Positions 27,030 to 39,073 of a stretch of 64,000 bases of DNA are shown piece after piece. Position numbers and translations under genes: made by a program. Under the pieces are notes generated by a model, which saw only the letters and a program-made list of their open reading frames with translations, was not told where the DNA came from and made no database searches. Source of the DNA: the human T2T-CHM13v2.0 reference genome, Homo sapiens. Location of the stretch: NCBI RefSeq assembly GCF_009914755.1, contig NC_060925.1, one strand, 5' to 3'. Numbering within the stretch: the stretch's first letter is position 1; each line of letters begins with the position of its first letter.

Positions 27030-30000
27030 AAAAAAATGATTTTATTTAAGAAAATACTTAACTGTATTGCTCTTAGGACACTTTAGATATTCTTTATTTT
27101 GTTTCATGAGAATATTGTAATTTGATTGCAGCAGCTTTCTTCTCCATAGGTAGCGATAATTCGGTTTTAAAAATATAAATCTTAATGCCTTTACAAATTG
27201 TATGATGTTGTTATCTTCTCTTGCAAAAATCAAATTATTATAATATTACTATCAGCATTCAAGATGAAGGTAAATATGTTACAAATGTGACTCAAAGTTG
27301 CCGAAAATAAAATTAAGCTTAATCGGATACACTGGCATCTTTTCAAAAGTAAATTTGAATTATACTTTGGTCATCTTATATACCAATATTTAGTGTCAGA
27401 ATATGCCATGTTTCATAAATGAAGATAAAGTTCAAGTGCTTGATTGTCGATTTTTTTTTCTTCCCACTTTTCCTCATGCTTTCTTCTTGATTCCATCCTC
27501 TTTTGCCTCTTTTTCATTTGTGGAAAAACTTTGTTTATCCACAGTCTTCGTTGATTCACCAGTAGGTCTGTTGTTGGCGGAAAAAGTATTGCAAACGTGT
27601 ATGTCATTCACAACAGTCACCCAGCAGACCTCAAAAACATTATATTGCGTGGCTGTTTAATTTCGGTAAACCTCCATTTTCTGACAGAAAAGACCATATC
27701 AAATATTTAGTAAATAAATTTGTTTTTAAATAATAATTTGCTAAAAGTAAAAAGGTTATTAGCTCATGCATACTAGAGTAAATTTTAGAAATACCGATTT
27801 TACATGCATATTAGGCATTTACACAGTTATTTTTATAGTTTGAAAGAACCAATAGTGTATTACAGGGAGTTTAATTAAAAGCACAGGAGGCATTTAAAGC
27901 ACCTTAATTTTGTGGAACTGTGATTCTGTTAATTTCTCATTACTCATTAATTTCAGCATTGAAGCTCTTCATTTTTTGAATTAATACACTTTAATTTTTT
28001 AATATACGATAGCTTGTGATATTAGAGAATAAGATAAGTGATTGAACACATCTGAAGACCACATCAGAAGACTATTGTAGAACATGCTGTGTCTCAAAAA
28101 ACTGATTTATCTGCCATATTACTAAGGGAGTGTCTTACTAAAACTTGATACCCCATGGTACTCTATTTTCTTTTCCCCTCCTCTGCAAGACAAAGAATGA
28201 CATATGACAGCCATGCAAGCTACACATATTAGACATCAATTTGGATTAGTGAGTATCTCATGGCATCTTTCAACCCTATTCCTGAACTCCTTTTGTCAAC
28301 TTGACAGAAGTGATTCCAGGAGAATACCTAGTCCCAGCCTCGGGATCTCCTGGCTAAAATGTAAAGCTGAGAAGGGAATACGTATCAGCACTTCAGGAAG
28401 CAGAAACAACATTTATAATCTCTTCTTATCAGCATGGGACTCTCCTGAGTTTGACTTTTATGTCTGCCATAATTCTTGCTTTGAGGGCTTATTTTTCTTA
28501 AAAGTGTTTTTTTTCTTCTGATTTTGAATGTATATATCTTCATGAGAAAAGAGAAAATTAAAAAAATTAAGATAAAACTTTTAGAAGGTTCATAATTCTG
28601 TGACTTTCTTATGCGGCAGCACATTTCTTTTCTGTTTTTCCACCTATACACATACTTCATATGGATAAAGCCAAATTATGTATAAATACAAAATTAGGTT
28701 ATTCATCTACATATACTCTTATATTCATATTTTCACTTTTAATTATCAGAAACAGTATTACTATGCCATTACATATTTAGATAATGAATGCTAACAGATG
28801 CATAGTAATTTATTTAATTATACAAATTTAATACAAATTATTTAATCCTCCTTTTCTACTTGCCAGCCATTTGTACTTAATTTCTTTCAAGTATAAGTAA
28901 AATACATATCTATATAATTATTTTTCCTTCACAACTGGTTATTTCCCGAGGATAGAATTCTATAATTCTGATAATTGTACTGGAGATATAGACATCTTTC
29001 AAATTGGCTTTTTTGAAGAGTTAAACCTATGTGCACACATTGATGACCAGTATATAAATCCATGCACTTTACCAGCAATGATCTGAAATTTTAAAAAGAT
29101 TTAACACTTTGATTTGTAAAAAAGGGTATCTGATTATAAATTAAATTTGTAATTTGGGGGATACTTCTGGGGACAAAAACATTTTTTGTAGATTTATTTA
29201 TTGGTTAGTTGTCATTTTGATATGAACTTTTTGTACACTGCTTTTGCCAGCTTTTCTGTTTGTATTGCTAATACTTTTCTTATTTTTTTTTTACAATTTA
29301 TTGATAATCCCCTTTTTTCATTTTTATTATAAAAACCTATTTTTGCCTTTTAGTTTAATTTACACTGTTTAAAATTTTTAATGAAAACTTCAAATAGAAG
29401 AGAGAAATTCGTAGTATAACACTAATCGCAGGTTTAACAATTGTCAAGATATTGTTACATTTGCATTATTGCACTCTTTCTTCTTCTTTCCTTTTTGTTA
29501 TATAGCTATTTTCTTTTGTGAGACCTTCCATTATTTTATGCTTAAAAATGTATATCTTGATCTCAGTTAAATATTTATTCATTACATTTCCCTGTAGCTC
29601 TTAAATATTTTTATTTAAATTTTGAATCCGTCAGGAATTAACGTTTTTATAAGGTGAAATCTAAGGTCTTTGATCACTTAATTTAAAATCAAGTGAACTA
29701 ACATTAAACCAACCAGTAAGAATTAAATTTTAACCAACACAGTAGTTGAAGTTTGGAACATAGCCAAATTAAAAATGGATGATGGATGATAGTTGAAAAA
29801 ACAAAAAAGAAAAAGAATAGAAGTAAACACTGTTTATATCTACATAGATTGAATTGTGAATGAAAGTGTGACTGTTCTGAATCCAGTAATATATCAGTGT
29901 TCTTCTCTCCTTAAATGATTTTTGTATCCCATGTATTTAATAAAGTTTATTTTTAAGAGTTTTTATGTTGTTAAACAGCCGAGAGAAGCAAAAGCATGAC

Positions 30001-30829
30001 TGTAGAGATAGATTAAAATGTCCCACCACGAAGATGAAGTTCTACATTTTAGGAATTTTGGAGTTTCAAGAAACATAAAGAATTTCCTGGAAAAAAAAGA
30101 AGGGATTCGTATGAAGCCTGGTTAAGTTTTGCACAGGGATTTAATCTAAAAAAAGGATCCAAGTAAAATTCTTATTTTGTTGCATATTTACAGGGTGCGT
30201 CTTACTATTCCTGTACCCATCTCTTTGTATCTAATTGTTGTGTGTTTGTGTGTATGTATTAATCATTAATTAGTTCTCTTTTCCCTTACTGATTCTTCTT
30301 TTTCTCTTTGTAGTACTAAAATCTAAGCCAGGTGTTAGATATGCCTATATGAAGTTCAAGCTTTGGTTAGAGACAATATAGTAGGTTAATACAAGTCAGA
30401 GACTTCCTTATTTTAGTTACACATTACAACAGAAAGCCTGTTGGATTTTAAGAGGCTACTTTTATATGGTAGAATGCTGTGATGAGGCGATGTTGACAGG
30501 CTTTTTAAAAAGTTGGTAAGTAAAGTGAAGGAGACAGGTGCTGTAGGTTGAGTTTATTTCCTTGTTTAAGGAAAGTGTTTTGTTGTTTTTTTTTTTTTTA
30601 CAGTTTTCTTGTTTGGTTGCTTTTGGTAGATATGTTGAATACCTGAACATTTCTCCAGTTGGAAGGAAGGGAAATGGAACCCATTGCACTGGTAGGAAGG
30701 CTCATTCAGGGAAGTAAAGAATGTGTATTAGGATCCAGAGAGAGGAAAGATTCAGGAAGAGATGTGTACAGCCGCAGAAGAAAGATGATGGAGGTCATGC
30801 TGGGCTTTAAACATCTTATTTATCTAGAA

Positions 30830-30985
30830 TAGTGCCCCTCAAAAGTTAATGTGCATATAAATCACTCAGGGATCTTGTTAAAATGTAGATTCTTGCTTCA
30901 GTAATCTGGGATGGACCTTCTGAGTCTGCATTTCTAATAAGCTCCCAGGTGATGCTAAGGTTGCTGGTCTGTAAGATAATGTCTG
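30830..30985. mobile_element. MER5-like hAT-Charlie MITE
   Basis: 'aatcactcagggatcttgttaaaatgtagattc...tctgcatttctaataagctcccaggtgatgct' is characteristic MER5A/B sequence. Confidence 0.75.
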
Positions 30986-31954
30986 TATTAGGGAGTTTTG
31001 GTTATTAAAATGTTTGGTCTAGAAAATGAGAGTTTACATGACAGTGACTTCCGCTGTTAAAAATCGAGGTTTGTTTTAAACCCAAACAACCATAGTTGAA
31101 ATATAGAAATAACATCACTTTCAGTTGTATAACTCATTTTATTAAAAAAGGAACTAAGCTACCTTGAAACTTTACTGAACATTTTTATATTTTGTGGCAC
31201 TTCTAATCCTATTTTATATGCCTTCTATTGACCTTTTATCTGGTGAGTTGCTTTGAAAAATCCCTGAGTAACAATGCAGCCTGACCCTTTCTCCCTAATA
31301 TTTCCCTCTATTCCCTATTGATCTGTCATACTTTCATTCTATCATACACAGAAACAGTGTTTTTAACAGCATTTTAATACAAATGTTTTATTATTTAAAG
31401 TAACACTATAAAGTCATGTAATGCAAAGTGTATGTTTGTCTTATTTAGAAAAAGTTTATTTTTATTATACTAATTTTTCAAAGTCAACATATTTAATCAA
31501 CTAATAATTGTTGTTTTTGCCTAAGTATTAATTCCTTGGCTTATCAGCACCATAAGAGTATAGGATGGAAGTACTTGATTGTTAACTGGTCATTAAAAAT
31601 GGCTAAATATATTTTATCTGCCTTAGGTTATCTAGTGATTTTTCCACTTTTTAGTATTGTATAGAATCAAAGATTTTCTTCTTCTTAGTGGACACAATCT
31701 CCTTTTCCCTTTTCTTTCAGAGGCAAAGATATAGGGTACTGATATGATTTGTTTTAATTTTACGATAATACCAATTATAAAGTAAATTTATTTCTTAATG
31801 AATTTTATTAGACTCTTCAGGCTCTTAAACCACTCAAAAGTAAGTTAGTAGCAAATTTTAAAAATAGAGACTCCTATATAGGTACCTGAGAGGTCGAAGT
31901 ATTTTTATTTTGATTTTTTTGGTGGAATTAAAGAATTTTGGACTTTGAATCACA

Positions 31955-32075
31955 GCTTGGATATTAGTAGTGTAGAATTTTTCATTTTACAGATGAAGAA
32001 ACTAAGGCCTGCAGATTGTTCCTTTGTCAAGCTCTACTTAACTGCCAGTCCAGTTTTCTTGCTGTAGAACTTTAT
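31955..32075 (-). mobile_element. MIR SINE fragment
   Basis: 'cattttacagatgaagaaactaaggc' MIR core, antisense. Confidence 0.55.
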
Positions 32076-35000
32076 ATTTAGCTTCAGATCATTAGTATAT
32101 TTTCCTATCTCAGCAGGCTGTTACTCAAGAATATTTAAAGTATACTTTATATTGCTTAACATTGCATTACTTAATGGTAATTATCAAACGAGCTAATTAT
32201 GTCAGTTTTCTTAATGTTTATTACCATTTTAGATGAAAAACTATGTTAAGATTTGTTTTTTAGTGAAAATTATGTAGAGTACAGGAGGACCAATCATGCT
32301 AACACTTCAACTTTCAAATAATCTTCCAAAGTTTACAGCCATAAGCATATATTTTTTAAAAAGCACAATTTATCTTTGAAGTTACCAGCTATTGCTGAGA
32401 ACCATTAACTGTCAGAACACCGAAAACCTGTAACAATTATAACAAGAATTGTAACTCTTACTATGTTTAGTTATCAGTCCACACAGATTATCAGTCATCA
32501 TTAAAACAGTTAAAAGGCATGCTCCTCCTGAGCCCCTCCTTCAGGTATGTGTTTTGGACATTATCTTTTCCCTTTTGTTTGCTTACAACAGGAAGCTCGT
32601 TTAATCCTTTGCTTTGTTTTAGAGGTAAGCAAATAGCAACCATCCCTGTTAGCTTTCAAAAGCTCTTACTTTTGTTGCATTAATGGCACTCACTGTAGAT
32701 TGTGTGATCTTGCTTTATTTACCAGAAAGCTTGCCTTTGAGAGCTGTCACTCCATTCTTTCAACAATGTTGTTAATTGACTGATAGCACTGATTGAGTGG
32801 AAAACCTTCAGTGACAAAAGACTGGATATAGGTGTGAGTCCATTTGAAAGGCTGGTGAATCTTTGCTTCTTAATCCCATTTCTATTTGCACTGAAATACT
32901 AAATACAGCCTAGAAGAACAAAGCATATTTAAAAGCATTCAGAAATGTTAAGCAACAATAAAACCCCGTAACCATTTAAATGACAGCAGCTGACTATTTG
33001 AATTAACTTTGTGTTTGGCTTAATTTGGGGCCCTAATTATTCCTAACTTACGTGAGTAGATTTCAATTATAGTATCCTGCAGGGATTTGTAGCTAAGGCA
33101 ACTAAAAGAATCATTTTACATAAAGTACTTTTGTTCAACTGATTAGACAAGTTAAAACGTAATGATGTAAAATTGAAACCCTTCTGGCAAGGTCCAAACA
33201 AATGGTTCTAGTAATTTTGTCCAAAAAAGATTAATCTAAGTTTGATTTTAAATACTATTTTGGTCTTTTAGGACGATTGACTTTCCTGTAATACTGATAA
33301 GTATATAAAAATGCCTTAAGATTGCATGTTTTGGTAAAGGAGTAAGACTTTAAAGGTGAGGACAAATTTGTCACAGTGGATGGACACCTTCCTAAGTAAT
33401 GTTTATTTGCTTTATAATCTTCGATACACAGTTTGACAGCTTTAAATGCATAGATTTAGAAGATAAATACATACAAATAACGTGAATGACTAGTACCTAT
33501 TTAATTCTGTATTTTGGAATACATTTCAGTTGAACACAGATCAGAGGCTCATTTATGGATTTGAAATGCTATATACCAAGAAGGGACACAACATGGTTGA
33601 CATTGTGCTATAGTCAGTGGACAGACTGTTTGACTCGTCCTGCCGAAATACTCCTCCCCACTACAAACAGCCACATTAATTTTAAACACCTTTACCAGAA
33701 TGAAAGCTACTTTAAACTTAATTACTGGTGCTGGAGCACAATATTAAAAAAAGCATTAGCCAGCATCCATAGATCATTTTGAGGCTTAACCATAGCATTT
33801 CACTGGAGTCTTACAGCTGTCTAATATCAGTCTATTGTAGTGAGTGAAGTTAAGAGGCAGCAACTCTGTTCTATGTCTTGTCTTAGCACTGCTTTAAGTT
33901 CTCTTCGTTGTCTTCTTTCTCCCCCTCCTCCTTTTACCCCTTCTTTCAGTTTTTGAATATCTACAACATGTGAGTCATTGTCTTTTCACACTTGATATTT
34001 TCATTATTTCCTTTAAGCTAGTCAATTCTATGACCTGTTTTTCACTAAGTGAAACAAAATCTAAAAGGCATGGTGTGAAGTTCACAGACCTCACCTTTTT
34101 GACTTCAAAGTGAGGTTTTCCTCCCATAGCACAAATGAAGCTATATAACTGCTTCTTGAAAACAATGTCAATAAATTCATTCTTTGACCTATTCAGTTCC
34201 TTTTTGTTCTTTAGTATACTTTTTGAAAGCTAGTAACCTTTAGGAGGCTTTTTCTAATCTAAACAGGAATCCTCTGAATTTATATAGCAACACAGTACAA
34301 TACAGTAAGCCACAAGTAGTTATTGAACACTGGAAATGTGACTAATGTGACTGAGAAAATACATTTTTATTGGTCAGAGCAATTTTATAGGTACTTCTTT
34401 CCTGTAAGGCTTTGTTGTTGTTGCTGTTGTTACCTCTTACACCTCCTTTATATGTTTCAGCTAATTCATTGAAGTTAAGCACAATGTTTTATTTATTTCT
34501 GTATTTTTCATAGTGCTTAGGCATTCAAAACTATTTTAAATGATTGAGAAGCACATTCAAAGAGACTTAGTACCAAAGCTACATTTTAAATATATACTTA
34601 ATTTATAGGGCAGGGATTTCACTAATGATCACCCAAAAACCAATATGGTTAGTTTATGAATATCGAAAACAAAGGAGTGTCCATGCATGCATAGTGTATA
34701 TCTTGCAGGAATTCAGCCCTTAGGATTAACAGCTAAGTATACTTTAAGCATATTTTAATAATTATAGCAAGCCCTAGTTATTTACTGCAGCCTCAATTCT
34801 TATTAGGAGATTTTGATAGTTGTTTAAATTATTTGGATGGTAATAACCTACACTGAAGTCAGCTAACGTTGGCTTCTCTTCCCTAAATATGGAACTTCCT
34901 TCTTAAAATCCATTGATGAACCCAGCTAATATTGCCATTTGCTTTTTATGGTTTGAGAATATGTTTTAGAGTATAAGTAATTATGAAGGTATCAGTTAAA

Positions 35001-35328
35001 AATGATGAGTAATGAATATCTCTAGTCATTTCGAAAATTCTTGTGATCTTGTCTTGTGAATTCTTTAGTAACTAGAAAATCCTCTGTGATTTTAGCTTAA
35101 ATATAAGGAGGACATTTTATCTTCATAATGGGTAATGATGTATTTTATTATAATGATATTTTATATAGATTTATACATCACACCTGAAAATATATTACTT
35201 TTTTGGTTCTTAATGACTTTTGGCTCTTTTTCTTAATTACTTTACTGTTAATATTAAAATGTTTATAGCTTGTAATTTATAAAAATTCGTAGCTTTTTTG
35301 GGGAAATTGTCATAAAATGCCACTTAAA

Positions 35329-35330
<2 letters not shown>

Positions 35331-35362
<32 letters not shown>
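35331..35362. repeat. (TG)16 microsatellite
   Basis: Uninterrupted TG repeat followed by TGTA units. Confidence 0.95.
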
Positions 35363-35373
<11 letters not shown>

Positions 35374-38019
35374 ATTCTGGCTGTCAGAATTTCTTATTTT
35401 CCATGTACGTTTGCAAATGAATTTCTGATTTACCATTCTGTCTCTGGGTCTAATTTAGAAAAAGAAGTAGTAAATTCTATGTTTAGTAGAAATTGAGGTA
35501 AATGCAGAGTACAACTATAGGATTTTTTTTATATATTAATTTTGAAGAGGAAAGCATCTGACTTAGAATGGCGAATTAAAAAATTATTATATTCTGTACA
35601 ATGATGAACTATTCTAGCTTCAAGTACTTGGTAACTAAAATGTTTGCTCAGTAAACGTAAGAATTTTTCATTGACATATTCAGCATGGATTTGAGGTTTC
35701 AGAAGTGCTAGTTTCTAATCCTAACATCTAATGGTTCATTACCACCTCGTTTTAAAACAATAGTGATATCTCTCAAATGAAAGCATTATTTTGTCAGACT
35801 TTATTCCTGCATGGTTTACATTTGTTTTAGAAAGTCAGTCCACTTTAAAAATGAAAGTTTGGTACCAGTGAAAGTAGCTGAAAAGAATGTATTGCTGTTT
35901 GATAAGTCAAATAGAAGAGGAGTGTTAGAACAGATGAAAAACCTTCCAGGTAACCGCCTGGTAAGAGAAAGATGGAAAGATATAGCTTCTTTTCGGAAGA
36001 GATACTTATGAATCTAATCTGAGATGTATGTGGGAAAAAAATTTTTAAAAAGCTGTATTCTGTAAGCATAGTTGCTATGTTTGTCATTTAATAATGAAGA
36101 GAATAAGAAAATTCTCCCCGATACAACATTGACTTAATTGTCCTTTTATAATACTTCTTCAAAGTATGATCATTATGAAATGAAAATGTGAAAACACTTG
36201 GAGGAAATGAACCTCCATGGATTTGAGTAAAAATTTATTTTCCTTTTTATTTAGCATTTGCAAGTGTATATCTGATGTGCCATGCTGCCTCTAGCTGTGT
36301 GTCTCGCTGGCTTATTTCTGTTCTCATCCTCTCTGTCAACTTAGAAAAAAAATTAGTAAATTCTGTGTTTATTAGAAATACATACTTTCATGGTTTTGAC
36401 AGCTGAGAAGTACTGTACTATGTAAATAAAGATATACCAACATAATGAACTTTTTAGCTTTATTAAATTATTTTTTAACTGTGCTTAAGAAAAATCTTAT
36501 TGGTATTTAATCTGTATGAAGATCTGATACTTTAAATTTAACCTGTAAAAATCAACATTTTTTTGGTATAGTAGAAAAACGAACTGAACTGTCAGGTCAT
36601 TCCAAGAGCGAAGAGGCAGAGGCAGCTGGTCCAGAGGAGAGGCTCTAGTTGGTGCATAAAAAATATATGTCAGCATTTTGACACTGCATTCTTTTGGGGT
36701 ATCTGTTATCACTGAATAGGAAACTGTTTCAAATTGACAGGCAGACAGAATGTTGTGCTGAATGTGTAAATTGGAATTATCACATCTAGCAGTTCCCTTC
36801 ACCAGGTGCTGGGTTGGAACTTGGTTCTCCACTAATCGAGAGAGTGCCAGGAATAGTTTTATTTGCTAATTATCCTTCACCTCTTCCAATCTAGTTTTTT
36901 TAGTAAACAGCTTGCCTGGGTGTTTTTAGGAATACCTAGCAGGACAATGTACGACTGCAGGTGCTTATGTGGCAAGAGGATGCCATACAGAACACTGAAA
37001 ACACCTATATCCATCTGTGTGAAAAAGATGATTGCTTTCAAGGGTTTTACCCCCTAATGTCCTGAGAATGCTGCTTGTCAGTAGTTTGTTGGCCCAGAGA
37101 TCCTGGTGACGGCAAAAAAGTGGAGGTTGGTGTTTTTAAGAAAACTGGAACATTTTATTAGGTTTTATCTTTGAATCTCTTTAAAAACTTTATGATTTGC
37201 AACCTATGTGAATAAGCAGTGAAATTTTCAAAGACTGTAAAAAATGAAAGCAAATAAAGTATTAATAAAGAAATATTAAAGATGATTTTTTTGTTTCTTC
37301 GAGCTTTGTGGTCTTACTGGAAAGATTTACTATAACATGATATAAGGTTAAGGTTTTTATTTTTCTGTCATTTTTTTCTAAGAAATTGTTTCATAATATA
37401 CTATGATGTTTGAGAACAAAATTGAGAATTTTATGCTTTATAAATTTGTATCACAAGATGTTACTAAATACTGCTCAAATTAAAGCAGTATTTGAGCAGT
37501 ATGCTCAAATTGAAGCATTTATAACTGTTACCTTTCTTGAAATTTAATAAGTTGGATCACAGAATTATCCTTTAATTCTGTTAATCATGTTTTCTTTTTT
37601 TGTCATAAATATATTTTTAAAAGAGTTTATGGCCTGCCTTTTGCCTATTCTATGGGCAGTGAATTTTCTTAATAAATTTTCCAATGTAGGTTGCATTTTC
37701 TGTTTCTGTTTTCTAATCATCTTTGCATTATGGCAAGATAAATGCCAAGTGCTCAAAATGAAGATTTTATGAAAATGTTTTATAGTTTTCCTTGGACTCT
37801 GAAAGTTGTCATGGCATTTCTACAGCCATTCACATTACAGGGATACTGCCGAACCACTGGATTTATCCTGTCAGCTTTGATTTAGGATTAGGCAGTGTAG
37901 TCATTTGTATTGACTTGGTCTCTGTTTTCTTTCACTGACATACCCTGTAGTGAAATTACATTTGTACGAGTATTTCATGGGAAAGACAGAAAGTATAATA
38001 TACTCAAAGGCAGCAACTT

Positions 38020-38620
38020 TTGGTGTAACGTCCAGTGGTTCAAATTCTGACTCTCATCAGCTATGTGAACCTGTACAAGTTATTTAACTTGGGTTTTCTT
38101 GCTTATTATAAAATTGGGAAAATGCCTCTATTTTAGAACTGTTGATGCTTAGAAATGAAATGTTTAAACATTTATTAATCAGTGATTGTTGAACATTTGC
38201 CATGTGCTCAGACTATGCAGTGTGCTAGGTATGGGTATTATCTTAAAGGAACTTAACAATAATGGTGGTACCTTATGACACCTAAAGGGGAATCCAGAGA
38301 GAGCTGCATAGGTGGCATACTCAGCTGAAACTCAAACAGCAGAGATATCTGAATGAGCAAGAGGTGACCAGCTGAGAAAAGTTCTTCTGAGCTCCAGGAG
38401 AGTGTGCAAAAATATTGCCACTAAGAAATGGGGTGAATTGCAAATAGGTCAATGTGTGCCGAAGGTGAGGGGTGACAAAAGATAGCTCTGGATGAAGTTG
38501 GAGCCAGATGACTCATGTGGAAGAGTTAGAATTTGATCATGTAGGTGAGAGATAATCATTGAAAAATTTCAAAGGTGATTATATATTTTTATTCTGGAAG
38601 TATTTCTTTAGGCTGGATGG
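38020..38620. mobile_element. MIR fragment (+) followed by L2 fragments (-)
   Basis: 'ggttcaaattctgactct...ctatgtgaacc...caagttatttaac' then 'ttgaacatttgccatgtgctcag...gtgctagg'. Confidence 0.45.
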
Positions 38621-38756
38621 GGTTGACTATTGAAAGCGTTGAGAATATTGAACAAGTTCCTGTGGGACCAGGGAATTAACATAAACAAGTGAAGTAGACA
38701 GGATATAAAGAAATGATACAAAACTGGAAAGTGCATGCTTGTCTAAAGTAGGCAGA

Positions 38757-39073
38757 AGCCAGGCACAGTGGCTCGTGCCTGTAATCCCAGCACTTTGGGA
38801 GACTGAGGTGGGAGGATCACTTGAGGCCAGGAGTTAAAGATCAGCCTGGGTAACATAGATAAGACCTTGTGTCTACAGAAAATTTAAAAAATTAGCCAGG
38901 CATAGTGACATGCACCCATGGTCCCAGCTACTTAGGAGGCTAAGGTGGGAGGATCACTTGAGCCTAGTAGTTCAAGGTTGCAGTGAGCCATGATAGTGCC
39001 ATTGCACTTCAGCCTGGGCCACAGAGCGAGGCCCTGTCTCAAAAAAACCAAAAAAACAAAACTAAACAAAATC
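38757..39073 (+). mobile_element. Alu SINE (AluJ-like)
   Basis: Sense dimer with GGAGGATCACTTGAG in both arms; TSD aagtaggcag / aagtcggcag. Confidence 0.95.
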
